Source of the DNA: Promethearchaeota archaeon
Lineage (GTDB): Archaea > Asgardarchaeota > Lokiarchaeia > Sigyniarchaeales > SOKP01
DNA length: 64,000 nt
Assembly (NCBI GenBank): GCA_030603385.1
Contig: JAUVXW010000006.1
Location: 64,001-128,000 of the forward strand
Reading direction: 5' to 3'
Position numbers and translations under genes: made by a program. The stretch's first letter is position 1; the number at the start of each line of letters is the position of its first letter. Below are positions 38,289 through 48,371 of this stretch, one piece after another. Below the pieces are notes generated by a model, which saw nothing but the letters and a program-made list of their open reading frames with translations, searched no databases and was not told the DNA's origin.

Positions 38289-38472
38289 TTATAATACTTT
38301 TATCCAGGGCCAAAGTTCTCTTGATAAGTCGAAATTAAATCGCTTGTATATTGTTCTCGCCTCTTCTGTTGGTTGGTCATAAGCAGTTTGTGCTAATGCT
38401 TTAGGTAATCCTCTTTCTTTCATAGATTTTAATAAATGATAAAATAATGTGGATCCAATACCCTTTCTCCTG
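38289..38472 (-). pseudogene. 3' fragment of a GNAT acetyltransferase paralogous to 41175-42152
   Basis: KGIGSTLFYHLLKSMKERGLPKA...YKRFNFDLSRELW closely matches the C-terminus of the 325-aa GNAT; the N-terminal part is missing. Confidence 0.8.
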
Positions 38473-38575
38473 TGCCAAGATAATTTACAATGCGGTAAGT
38501 ACACCTTATAATTTTGAACAAGAAAGGGAATACATTTCCCCTTTAATAGAAAGAAAATATATTCTATTTTTTATA

Positions 38576-39370
38576 TCAGTTTTTTCTTGCTTTAACTATT
38601 ATCGTTGCAGGTACCATATTTAATACTTCAATGGGGTAATAATCCGCAGAAGTACCCTCCATAAATTTTTCTTCTACTGGTTCAGGTTCAACGATTTTCT
38701 CAATATAAAAACCAGTCTTTATTAAGCTATTAATTATATCACCAATAGTTGGTAATTTATAATTAATTGTTAATCCTGTGTTGCCATCCTTTTCCAGAAT
38801 GTCTCTCTGGAAATAACTTAACTTAAGTTTTAAATCATTAGGATTTGGAGAGTCTCCTAAACAATTATAAAACGGATGTCCCATACTAAATACTAGTATT
38901 CCTGTTTTCTTGAGAATCCGGAAAGCTTCCTTAAAAACCTCATCGAGATTTTGAACCCAATCGAAAACACAAGCAGAAAAAGCGATATCCATATTTTCAT
39001 CATCAAACATACTCAAATTTTCTATGTCACCCTGCAAAAAATTAACAGTAACATCATTTTTCTTGGCCAAATTCTTAGCAAACTTGATTTGTTCTTCAGA
39101 TAGATCAATTCCAGTACATTTTGCACCTTTCTTTGTAAGAGCTATCGAGCATTGACCTCCCCCACAACCGAGTTCAATGATTTCTTTTCCTTGTACTTCA
39201 CCCAAAAGGTTAAGATCCTCCTCGGTCGGACAACTAGGACCATAATGAATATAGTCTGTTGATAACTTTTGCCTTTTTTGATATGCTAAGGCGTCGGTAT
39301 TCCAGTGTTCTTTAATGCGTTTTTTATACTTAATCTTTATTTCCTCTATCTCTTTATCTTTTCCTCTCAT
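38576..39370 (-). CDS. Class I SAM-dependent methyltransferase
   Basis: IELGCGGG, GIDLS and RILKKTG. Confidence 0.9.
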   Translation of the reverse strand: MRGKDKEIEEIKIKYKKRIKEHWNTDALAYQKRQKLSTDYIHYGPSCPTEEDLNLLGEVQGKEIIELGCGGGQCSIALTKKGAKCTGIDLSEEQIKFAKNLAKKNDVTVNFLQGDIENLSMFDDENMDIAFSACVFDWVQNLDEVFKEAFRILKKTGILVFSMGHPFYNCLGDSPNPNDLKLKLSYFQRDILEKDGNTGLTINYKLPTIGDIINSLIKTGFYIEKIVEPEPVEEKFMEGTSADYYPIEVLNMVPATIIVKARKN

Positions 39371-39487
39371 TTTCAGCCGATATCTTTATATTTTATACAG
39401 AAAAAAATCCTTTTTTTATATAATAGTTTTCGAATCTCATATATGTTTTACCAAACCCATAGATCTCTTTAGCAGTCAAAATTAAAA
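39334..39487. repeat. Degenerate direct repeat (GNAT 3' end + intergenic + methyltransferase leader), copy of 41071-41226
   Basis: Shared ATATCTTTATATTTT...CAGAAAAAA...TTTTCGAATCTCATA...GTCAAAATTAAAA; leaders MRGKDKEIEEIK and MKRKDKEIKEIK. Confidence 0.75.
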
Positions 39488-39684
39488 TTTTAACTTGATT
39501 ATATTCAATTTTTTATATCGATTCATTCAATTTGATTAAGGATTTAATCTAAGATTTAATTACTAATTTCAGAATGTTTTCTGAATGATTGTTTATTATA
39601 ACCTTTCAAAACTAATTATCAAGCATAAAAGATAAAAATGAATTTATCATTATTAGAAATACAATAAACCAGAGGATTCATAAA

Positions 39685-40479
39685 TTGTCGAAAGGACTTG
39701 AAATTTGTCCAGAATGTGGTGGAAAAATCATTCTTAGTTCTTTTGAGAAGATATGTGAAAGATGTGGATTAGGAATTGAAAAAAATGCTTATAAAAAAGA
39801 AAATAGAAAAACAGTAATCCCTAAGGGTATAAATGCACCTTTAAAAGAAATTTCGATTCATCTTAATCTCAATGTAAATATTAGACATTATGCAGTTTAT
39901 TACTATAAAAAAATAATTGAAGCTGATGAGAAAACAGGTTTTAATCTTCCACTACTTGCATATTGTATTTTTTATTCAATAAGAAAACACTATCAAAATA
40001 TTTCAATTACACTTAATGATATTGCTAAAGCTTTTCAAAACTTTGGGTACAATCTAAATTCTAGGTCAATATTAAAAGAGGGATCAAAGAATATGCACTA
40101 TTTACATGTTAATTCATCTTCTAACAGAAGCGAAGATTACCTTATAAGATTAGTAGATATGGTTATAAAACACTCTGAAATTCCAAAGAGATTAGCAAAA
40201 TTAGGAGTGAAATGGCTAAGACGTGAATTTCAAAATAAATTATTGATGAAGTCTCGTGAAATCTTAAAAGAATTACCTTTTAGTCAAAGATGCGTGATAA
40301 ATCCTTTTATATTAACAGGAGCGATTATTTATCTTGCAGATAAATTAATAGCTCAAGAATACAAACAGAAATCCATTTTAACACAGAGAATAATATCAGA
40401 AGCAACACATATTGCTGAATATTCTATCAGCGACCATTATATAAATTTATTAAAACCTATTTTTTTTAATAGTAAATAG
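39685..40479 (+). CDS. Divergent TFIIB/TFB-like protein (zinc ribbon plus cyclin-fold repeats)
   Basis: CPECGG...CERCG followed by cyclin-like helices (ITLNDIAKAF; LTQRIISEAT.IAEYSI). Confidence 0.7.
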   Translation: MSKGLEICPECGGKIILSSFEKICERCGLGIEKNAYKKENRKTVIPKGINAPLKEISIHLNLNVNIRHYAVYYYKKIIEADEKTGFNLPLLAYCIFYSIRKHYQNISITLNDIAKAFQNFGYNLNSRSILKEGSKNMHYLHVNSSSNRSEDYLIRLVDMVIKHSEIPKRLAKLGVKWLRREFQNKLLMKSREILKELPFSQRCVINPFILTGAIIYLADKLIAQEYKQKSILTQRIISEATHIAEYSISDHYINLLKPIFFNSK

Positions 40480-40483
40480 AGTT

Positions 40484-41107
40484 TCATTTAAACAGGAGAT
40501 ATTGAAGCATGAAACCTGCCTTATTTCTTGCTGAGATTTTGAATTCTAAAGATTTTGTCATTTTTTCAAATTTTTCAAGATTATAACTAAAAATCCAATC
40601 TCTCTCTTGAGTATAAGGGTTATTGGGATTAGGAATATCAATGAAACAATGTCCATCAGGCATGAGGACTCTATTTATTTCTAATAAAACAGCTTTTGCA
40701 TATTCTAAGGGATAATATTCTATCATCCCTATACATACAACCCAGTTGAAAATTCCATCAGGATAAGGTAAATTTTCGGCAGTACCCTCACTTATCTTTT
40801 CTATATTTTTTTCAATTCCTTCTTGTTTGACTTTAATTCTTAGTTTCTCGAGCATTTTTGGAGATTGATCAATTCCATAACATATAGCACCCATTTTCGC
40901 CATTTCAATTAAGAATGTCCCCGTTCCGGTACCAATATCCAAAATAATATCACCAGGTTTTATTTTGACAAATTTTTTAAAACCTTCGAATTCCTCTAAT
41001 GCATTTTCACCATTCCACCACCCGTTATCATAATCATTCGCATGATCGTCGTAAAATTTCTTTCTAAATTTCTTTATTTCCTTAATTTCTTTATCTTTTC
41101 TCTTCAT
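40484..41107 (-). CDS. Class I SAM-dependent methyltransferase (UbiE-like)
   Basis: LDIGTGTG, GIDQS, AENLPYPDG and RVLMPDG. Confidence 0.9.
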   Translation of the reverse strand: MKRKDKEIKEIKKFRKKFYDDHANDYDNGWWNGENALEEFEGFKKFVKIKPGDIILDIGTGTGTFLIEMAKMGAICYGIDQSPKMLEKLRIKVKQEGIEKNIEKISEGTAENLPYPDGIFNWVVCIGMIEYYPLEYAKAVLLEINRVLMPDGHCFIDIPNPNNPYTQERDWIFSYNLEKFEKMTKSLEFKISARNKAGFMLQYLLFK

Positions 41108-41174
41108 TCTCGTGCAATATCTTTATATTTTGTGCAGAAAAAATACCTTTTCCTTATATAATACTTTTCGAATC

Positions 41175-42152
41175 TCATAACTTTTTTACCCAAACCCAAA
41201 GTTCTCTTGATAGGTCAAAATTAAAACGCTTGTACATCTTTCTTGCATGTTCTGTCCAAGGAAGATACTCGCTATCTGCAACGGCTTTGGGTAATCCTCT
41301 TTCTTTCATAGTCTTCAATATATGATAAAACAAGGTTGTTCCGATACCTTTACTTCTGTATTGTGGAAGAACACCGAGAATACCAATTACCCCATCTGAA
41401 TTGTATTCCATACACCCCACCACCTTTCCCTCAAATTCAGCAACTAGAGTTACTTCACCCCACCCTTCTTTATACCAATCGATTACCTGTTCCATAGTTG
41501 TATCGTCATCAGGTCTCGCGGTTACACGAATTTCTCTTATCACAGGAAGATCATCCTTAAATATAATGCGTATATTTGCTTTCGAATTCAAGGTAATTTT
41601 TGGTAAGGTTTTTAGTAAATCAAATGTAGCAACCATTGTATTTACTTCATGAGGTTCGGTTTTGGAATATTTATCATAATAATGAAAACTTTCATGTTTA
41701 AACCCAAGTTTTGTGAATAAATGTGTTGCTAATTCATTATCATGATAGGCATATGCTATTGCAATTTCAGCACCTATTTTTTTGTAATATTCAATTGTAT
41801 GTCTTATTAGAGCTTTTGCGATACCCTTTTTTCTGAATGAAGGTATAACAGCAATCTTACTTTGACCCCGTCCTACCATTGTTTCTACAAAATAAAACAC
41901 CATGAATTCATTATCCTTCTTTTTTACCTCTGTAGAACAATGCACATACCCCACAGGTTCGTTTTCTACATAAGCTAGCCAAATTAGGCTTTCTGGGTTT
42001 TTTATCCAATTCTGTATATCGTTTGGGTTCAGTTTTTGATAGCCATAAAGCATCCCAAATTCTTCAATATACGATTTAAAGGCTGAATTATGAACAATAC
42101 ACACATCTTCAGCTTTATCTTCTTCATATAGTATAATTGAGATATCAACCAT
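41175..42152 (-). CDS. Tandem-domain GNAT N-acetyltransferase
   Basis: Two acetyl-CoA motifs, VIPSFRKKGIA and VLPQYRSKGIG. Confidence 0.88.
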   Translation of the reverse strand: MVDISIILYEEDKAEDVCIVHNSAFKSYIEEFGMLYGYQKLNPNDIQNWIKNPESLIWLAYVENEPVGYVHCSTEVKKKDNEFMVFYFVETMVGRGQSKIAVIPSFRKKGIAKALIRHTIEYYKKIGAEIAIAYAYHDNELATHLFTKLGFKHESFHYYDKYSKTEPHEVNTMVATFDLLKTLPKITLNSKANIRIIFKDDLPVIREIRVTARPDDDTTMEQVIDWYKEGWGEVTLVAEFEGKVVGCMEYNSDGVIGILGVLPQYRSKGIGTTLFYHILKTMKERGLPKAVADSEYLPWTEHARKMYKRFNFDLSRELWVWVKKL

Positions 42153-42268
42153 TAAGAATTAAAAAATATTGAATGTAATTTAAAACCTTACTAACTTGGC
42201 AGGAAAATTTGAAAACCTTCATTTCATTTATTTGTAATAACTCCTCAAAATTATAGTAAAAATTTTAG

Positions 42269-42772
42269 GTGGAATTTTTGGAAGTAAAAATCCGCAAAGC
42301 AACACCGGATGATGCAGAAAATATATCATATATATGGGAGATAGTGTGTGCCGAGAGAATTTATACTGCGGTAAGCACACCCTTTACTGTCAAACAAGAA
42401 AGCGAATATATCTCCTCTTTATCAGAAAGAGAAGGAATTTTTGTAGCAGAATTTAATAATAAGATTGTAGGGTTTCTGACTTTGGATCTTTGGTCTAAAG
42501 TTATTGATTCTTTCAAACATGTTGGGACAATAGGGACTTTCATTCTTCCTGAATGGAGAAGAAAAGGGATTAGTTATATTTTAGCTAGTCATACCTTTGA
42601 TTTTGCTAAAGCTAATGATTATATCAAAATTGTGGTTTATGTACGAAAAGGAAATGAACAGGCAATAAAATTTTATCAGAGTTTAGGATTTCTTATTAAA
42701 GGGGAATTAGAGCGTCAGGTTTTAATTGATAATGTATATGAAAATGAAGTGTTTATGGAAAAATTTCTATAA
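42269..42772 (+). CDS. GNAT N-acetyltransferase
   Basis: ILPEWRRKGI and NEQAIKFYQSLGF. Confidence 0.9.
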   Translation: MEFLEVKIRKATPDDAENISYIWEIVCAERIYTAVSTPFTVKQESEYISSLSEREGIFVAEFNNKIVGFLTLDLWSKVIDSFKHVGTIGTFILPEWRRKGISYILASHTFDFAKANDYIKIVVYVRKGNEQAIKFYQSLGFLIKGELERQVLIDNVYENEVFMEKFL

Positions 42773-42786
42773 AAAAAATGCAATTT

Positions 42787-43539
42787 TTAGTTGTTTTGAA
42801 TTTCGTTTCTTAATCTTACCAATCGATCTGGAAAATTTGACATCATAGCGTCTACTGATTGTCCTTTATAATTCATCTTTAGGAATTTTTGAATTGATCT
42901 ATTAAAAAGTAAGCCCCACACATAGAATTTAAAGCCATTTTCTTTTACCAATTTAAATAATTCAAAAGTAGCAAAGTTATACTTCACATTGATCCCTTGG
43001 ATATTCAAATCTCTCATACTCTCTAATTCCAGATGCTCCTTCTCGTTGGTTGCATATTTTAAAAATATAGTGTTAATCAAAGTTACATTTTTATCAAATT
43101 CTCTAATTTTACCAAAGATATCAGGTAGGAGAGAACCATCCATTGCAGTTTTCGCAAGCTCAATTTTATCAACTACTTTGAACTTTCTCGCAATTTCAAT
43201 TATTCTTATGCCAATTTCAGGATCTCGTATATCAAAATTATAGCGGATATTATGATTTTTAAATTCACTGAAAAATTCAGGAAGAGTTAGAACTGATTCA
43301 TTATTATCTAATCTTAAGGTTCTGATCTCACTACTATCTAAATCCTTAATGGGTACATACTCTCCATTTTTTCTTAGACTTTGCTGAAAACACAAAAATA
43401 TTTCTCCATCTTTAGATAATTGAGCTTCTGTTTTAATACCATCTACACCCATATCGATTGCTTTCTTAAATGATGACATTGAATTTTCGACATCTCTAAA
43501 ACCTGCACCTCTGTGACCCCATACAAAAGTTCTATTCAT
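42787..43539 (-). CDS. Glycerophosphodiester phosphodiesterase-family protein (metal-ligand motif looks divergent)
   Basis: GHRGA, ENSMSSF and SKDG. The usual E-x-D is read here as KTE. Confidence 0.8.
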   Translation of the reverse strand: MNRTFVWGHRGAGFRDVENSMSSFKKAIDMGVDGIKTEAQLSKDGEIFLCFQQSLRKNGEYVPIKDLDSSEIRTLRLDNNESVLTLPEFFSEFKNHNIRYNFDIRDPEIGIRIIEIARKFKVVDKIELAKTAMDGSLLPDIFGKIREFDKNVTLINTIFLKYATNEKEHLELESMRDLNIQGINVKYNFATFELFKLVKENGFKFYVWGLLFNRSIQKFLKMNYKGQSVDAMMSNFPDRLVRLRNEIQNN

Positions 43540-44071
43540 TATACACCACCCCAACTTCTTGATTAATTTCTGAAACTAAGTCAAGGAGATCAATATATAC
43601 TACAAAATATTGAAGATCCCCTTCGACTTTAAGATTACCCTTAAAAAATTCACTATAACTATTTTTTCTCCCAGCAATTATATCGCTCCATACTTCTTGA
43701 GAGCATTTAATATTAATTGTTGCGTCACCTGTTTCACCTTTCCCAACTTTAAATTTACCATTCCCAAATTCTACCCAATAGGCAAAATCTGGATTTCTTA
43801 ATTTAGTCTGAACAATATTCGTTTTTAACTCATCTAATTCTTCATGTAATTCTTGATTTTCTTCAGATAAGCGCTCAAATCCACGAAAAATTTCTAATAT
43901 ACTGCTGTTGATACAACAATTTTCACAGAGAAATTCATCAAAGGAAACAACACCACACCTACCCATATCACATTCCCATTTGTTTGTTTCACTATTAACT
44001 GTAATACTTTGGCTACATTGCAAAGAAACTGTCTCGATTTTTCTTCCACAATTATTACATACTAGACTCAT
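43532..44071 (-). CDS. SCP2 sterol/lipid-binding domain protein with Cys-rich N-terminus
   Basis: FFKGNLKVEGD SCP2 motif and CNNC...CENC. Confidence 0.75.
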   Translation of the reverse strand: MSLVCNNCGRKIETVSLQCSQSITVNSETNKWECDMGRCGVVSFDEFLCENCCINSSILEIFRGFERLSEENQELHEELDELKTNIVQTKLRNPDFAYWVEFGNGKFKVGKGETGDATINIKCSQEVWSDIIAGRKNSYSEFFKGNLKVEGDLQYFVVYIDLLDLVSEINQEVGVVYNE

Positions 44072-44333
44072 ATTTGCATCATCTTTAATTTTAATTTCAA
44101 TTTATCCAATAATTCCAACCTAAATACATTAATTAAATGTTAATGTTATATTTTAAACAGAAACCGTCTGTATTCATAATTTCTTTAAAGTCTTTACAAG
44201 AGAATTTTTATAAGTTATGATTTTTTAATCTCTTTGAGTGTAAAAACATCTAAAATAGGTAAATAGATTAGTTTAAAAATTAAAAAGTCTCACTTTCTAA
44301 TCCCCAGATATTATTAATGAATTTTTTGATACC

Positions 44334-45092
44334 TTATTTATGAACCCCGGGGTCCAAATAAGGAATTTCGGAATAAATGATGTTTGTATGCTTCTTTCGT
44401 AATTCTTCCAATAAAGCTTCTTCGGTAAACTCTTTAATATTCAATAAGGTCCATCCATGGACTCCTCCACCTGCTAAACCATCTGGAGTATGCATATCTG
44501 TTCCTGTGATCATACCTATATTATGTTTAATGCAAAAATCATAAGACTCATGATCATAAACATTTTCAGGCTTAGAATCATCATTAATAATTTCAATGTA
44601 ATCTATCCCCCAATCTAATAAAGTTTCGCGAGATGGATGAGTTTTCATTTTAAATTCATATAAACTCCAAGGAATATGATTACATACAACAATACCCTCT
44701 TGATCATGGGCTTTATTAATCGCTTCAGTAATACGATCATCCGTTGTTTTATAGGAGATCTTGGTTTCCCAATCTGAGACACCTAAAAGATTTAAATGAA
44801 TTCTATTGGTAGTCCATTCAATTCCACTTAAAATTAAGAAACCTTTTTCAGCGTATTCATCTCTCACTTTATCAATCTTTTCTAAATGACGCATATTATT
44901 ATGATCAGTTATAGCTAATGCATTATAACCCATTGCAATATGCCATTCAACATTTTGTTTAATCGTAAGTGCACCATCACTACTGAATATCGTATGTGAA
45001 TGCTGATCAAATACAACATTATACTTGGTGTTATCATATCCCGGAGGTGTATGAGGAATAGTATCCTTCCAATCATTATCAGAATAAACCAT
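44334..45092 (-). CDS. PHP-domain phosphoesterase
   Basis: DQHSHT, ITDHN, GIEW and GTDMH. Confidence 0.88.
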   Translation of the reverse strand: MVYSDNDWKDTIPHTPPGYDNTKYNVVFDQHSHTIFSSDGALTIKQNVEWHIAMGYNALAITDHNNMRHLEKIDKVRDEYAEKGFLILSGIEWTTNRIHLNLLGVSDWETKISYKTTDDRITEAINKAHDQEGIVVCNHIPWSLYEFKMKTHPSRETLLDWGIDYIEIINDDSKPENVYDHESYDFCIKHNIGMITGTDMHTPDGLAGGGVHGWTLLNIKEFTEEALLEELRKKHTNIIYSEIPYLDPGVHK

Positions 45093-45221
45093 ACGCAACA
45101 AACAGTATTTTTAAGCTCAGAGTTTTTAATTATTAGTATGAGAATTAAAAATTAAAATATTAATTGAATATTTGTATTTCAGCTTTTATGTGATCTAACT
45201 TACTCTTTTATGAATTAATAA

Positions 45222-47300
45222 TTAAGAGACATTAAATGTTGTCGTCAAGAGATCCTCCTTGCGTGAAGAGGGTCCAACATATATAATATATTCTATTTTT
45301 TCTATAACCCATTCCTTCTTATCTACGTCATAGTATGCCAGGTCCTCTGCTCTCAGCTTTAAATTAAGAGTTTTCATTTCACCTGGAGTTAGTAAAACTT
45401 TAGTAAAACCCTTTAGATCCTTGACAGGTCGATCTACAGATGGTTTTTTATATCCAACATACATTTGTACGACTTCTTCTCCGGTCATACTACCAGTATT
45501 GGACACATCAATGCTTACTTGAATTTCACCATCAGAATTTATTGTATGCTTATCAATTCTAAGATCATCATATGAAAACGTTGTATAGCTTAAGCCAAAA
45601 CCAAAAGGAAAAGCAGGTTCGTATCCTTCTTTATCCATTAATTTGTAGCCATGATAATATCCATATTCAATTTGGGTAGTAGTTCTATCGAAATAGGGAA
45701 GTTGATCATCTGATTTTGGAAATACAGCAGGCAGTTTAGCACTAGGATTAATATCACCAAACAATATTTCCCCCAGTGCCGTTCCACCTTCCATTCCAGG
45801 ATACCATGACATTAAGATTGCGGAAACCTTATTCTTCCATGGTTCTACGATTATCGGACCCCCTCCTTCTAAAACTACAATACAATTCTCATTTACTGAA
45901 GCTACTGCCAATATCAGTTTTTCATCATTTTCATATAATCTTAAGGATTTTCGATCTCCCGTACGATCTCTAGTTCCTGATCCTTCTCCCTCATCTAAAT
46001 GAGTATACCCTGCAATAATAATAGAGACATCTGAGTTATTAGCTAATTCTTTAGCCACCTCAAGATCCTCCCCTTCATTGAATATTATATTAATTGCATT
46101 TCCCACAATATTTTTTATGCCTTCAAGTGGAGTTATTACATATGGTGGATAAACTCTGCTGCTTCCGTGATCTCCAACATTAGGTGTGTTTGCTAACGCC
46201 CCAAAGATCGCAATTTGTTTTATTTCATTTCTATTAAGTGGTAATATTGAATTTTTATTCTTTAAAAGTACAATACTCTTTCTCGCAGCCTCTAAGGCTA
46301 ATTCGGTGTGTTCTTTACAAGCAATTTTATCCATACTATAAAACTTTGGGTCCTCTTTATGTGCAAATTTGAGTTTTTGCCTTAATATCCTCAAGACACC
46401 TTCATCAATTAACTCTTCAGTGAATCTTCCTTCATTCATGTATCCAATCATCTTATTTGGAGCCATACGCCATTCGAAGGGCATCTCAATATCAACACCC
46501 GCATTTAAAGCAAGTGCCCCATTTCGAATACCCCAGGCAAAATCAGTAATTACAAATCCTTTAAAATTCCAGTCTTTTTTTAATATATCTCGTAAAAGGT
46601 GCGGATTATGACCACAATATTTACCATTCACTTTATTATAAGCATTCATGATGGAAGCTACACCCGCATCGACACATTGTTTAAAGTGTGGAAGATATAC
46701 CTCTCTTAAGGTTCTTTCATCTATAGATACATCTACCTCAAACCTTGTATTCTCTATACTGTTGCAGGCATAATGTTTAGCACATGCCATAATATGTTTT
46801 TGAACTCCCTTTAAGAGTGCTACACCAAAAGCTCCAAGGTGATATGTATCTTCCCCATATGTTTCTTGGGCTCTTCCCCATGCTGGGTGTCTTAATAAGT
46901 TAATACATACACCACCAAAGTAATTAGCCCCATGTACTTTTGCTTCAATTCCTATTACATCCCCAATTTTCTCCTCTAATTCTAAATCCCATGAAGCTCC
47001 TCTTGCCATGGATACAGGAAAACAAGTTGAACTTCCTATAACAACCCCTCTTGGTCCATCAGAAAAAAGAACTCCAGGGATTCCAAGTTTTTTATCTTCT
47101 CCAGCAGGGATAGGTTCAGCATTATATCTCTTCTGCATTTTTGGCCCACCTTCTGCTAAAGTCCAATCGCCTGACATCTGATATAGTTTTTCCTCCAGAG
47201 TCATTATAGAAAGAATTTTTTTTGCCTTTTCCTCGATCTGATCATCACTTAGGCCTTTTAACTCATCCCAATTTATCCACCTTTCGGAATTTTCTGACAT
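45222..47300 (-). CDS. Glycoside hydrolase family 3 (beta-glucosidase)
   Basis: SDGPRG, WGRAQETYGED, CAKHY, ITDF, FPFGFGLSYT and a fibronectin-III tail. Confidence 0.93.
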   Translation of the reverse strand: MSENSERWINWDELKGLSDDQIEEKAKKILSIMTLEEKLYQMSGDWTLAEGGPKMQKRYNAEPIPAGEDKKLGIPGVLFSDGPRGVVIGSSTCFPVSMARGASWDLELEEKIGDVIGIEAKVHGANYFGGVCINLLRHPAWGRAQETYGEDTYHLGAFGVALLKGVQKHIMACAKHYACNSIENTRFEVDVSIDERTLREVYLPHFKQCVDAGVASIMNAYNKVNGKYCGHNPHLLRDILKKDWNFKGFVITDFAWGIRNGALALNAGVDIEMPFEWRMAPNKMIGYMNEGRFTEELIDEGVLRILRQKLKFAHKEDPKFYSMDKIACKEHTELALEAARKSIVLLKNKNSILPLNRNEIKQIAIFGALANTPNVGDHGSSRVYPPYVITPLEGIKNIVGNAINIIFNEGEDLEVAKELANNSDVSIIIAGYTHLDEGEGSGTRDRTGDRKSLRLYENDEKLILAVASVNENCIVVLEGGGPIIVEPWKNKVSAILMSWYPGMEGGTALGEILFGDINPSAKLPAVFPKSDDQLPYFDRTTTQIEYGYYHGYKLMDKEGYEPAFPFGFGLSYTTFSYDDLRIDKHTINSDGEIQVSIDVSNTGSMTGEEVVQMYVGYKKPSVDRPVKDLKGFTKVLLTPGEMKTLNLKLRAEDLAYYDVDKKEWVIEKIEYIIYVGPSSRKEDLLTTTFNVS

Positions 47301-47351
47301 TTTTACACCATTTTTATTGGTTTTATATTTATTTTTTAAAAATTTTTTAAC

Positions 47352-48281
47352 TCATTTATGTTTTTTTATAAAATATTCTACTTCTTTTCGAGTAGGAATA
47401 TTCATAGCTCCTTTTCTTGTTATTTTTACAGCTGAAACAGCGTTAGCGAAATAAGGAATTTTTTCTAAAGGCATATTCGTCAACAATCCAGTTATTAGTC
47501 CTGCGGCAAAAGCATCACCGGCTCCAGTAGTATCGACTACATCAACTTTATATGAGGGAGCAAAGAATTCCTCATCTTTGGTTAGGACAGTTGATCCTTC
47601 CGCACCATGAGTTATAGCTACGATCGAAGGGCCTAAATCTAAGATAGTTTCAAAAGCTTTTTCTCCTTTTTCTCCTGTTATGAATTCTGCTTCAGTGATA
47701 GATGGTAAAAATATATCTGTATCTTTTAAAACCTTGAAAATGTGCTCTCTAGGGTCTTTAAAATGCCACAAATCATCTCGTAGATTAGGATCGCAAGCTA
47801 CTTGTAAGCCATATTTTTTAGCATAATTAATTGCTTTAAAAATCGCACTTCGGGCAGGTTCATCTGCCATTGAAACAGTCCCACACATTAGGAGTTTAGC
47901 GGATTTAATGTATTCCTCACTTATTTCTTCTTGTGTTAACATAATATCTGCACAAGGAGAACGATAAAATGAAAAGCTAGGATTCCATTTTTCATCCAAA
48001 CCGACAAATGCGAGAGCAGTTTTATATTCATTAGTTATTTTAATTTGGCTTATATCTACTTGTTCTTTTTTGAGAGTTTCCAGTAAGAATCTTCCAAAAA
48101 AGTCATTCCCTACCTTTGTAATCACACCTGAGGTTAATCCTAAGCGCTTAATCCCAACTGCGAAGTTTGCTGGTGCACCTCCCGCAAATCGTTTAAAAGT
48201 AATTTGTTCCTCTAGGCGTAGGTCAGGATTATCAGCAATCATATCAATTAATAATTCCCCAATTGCTATTACATCCACCAT
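47352..48281 (-). CDS. PfkB-family carbohydrate kinase (fructokinase-like)
   Basis: GGAPAN, DPNLR and DTTGAGDAF. Confidence 0.93.
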   Translation of the reverse strand: MVDVIAIGELLIDMIADNPDLRLEEQITFKRFAGGAPANFAVGIKRLGLTSGVITKVGNDFFGRFLLETLKKEQVDISQIKITNEYKTALAFVGLDEKWNPSFSFYRSPCADIMLTQEEISEEYIKSAKLLMCGTVSMADEPARSAIFKAINYAKKYGLQVACDPNLRDDLWHFKDPREHIFKVLKDTDIFLPSITEAEFITGEKGEKAFETILDLGPSIVAITHGAEGSTVLTKDEEFFAPSYKVDVVDTTGAGDAFAAGLITGLLTNMPLEKIPYFANAVSAVKITRKGAMNIPTRKEVEYFIKKHK

Positions 48282-48371
48282 AAAAATAACACATTTATGA
48301 GTATTTTTGCTTAATCCTAAAATTATCTAATAGTGTATATTATTTATATTGAAATTCTTAAATCTAATATT

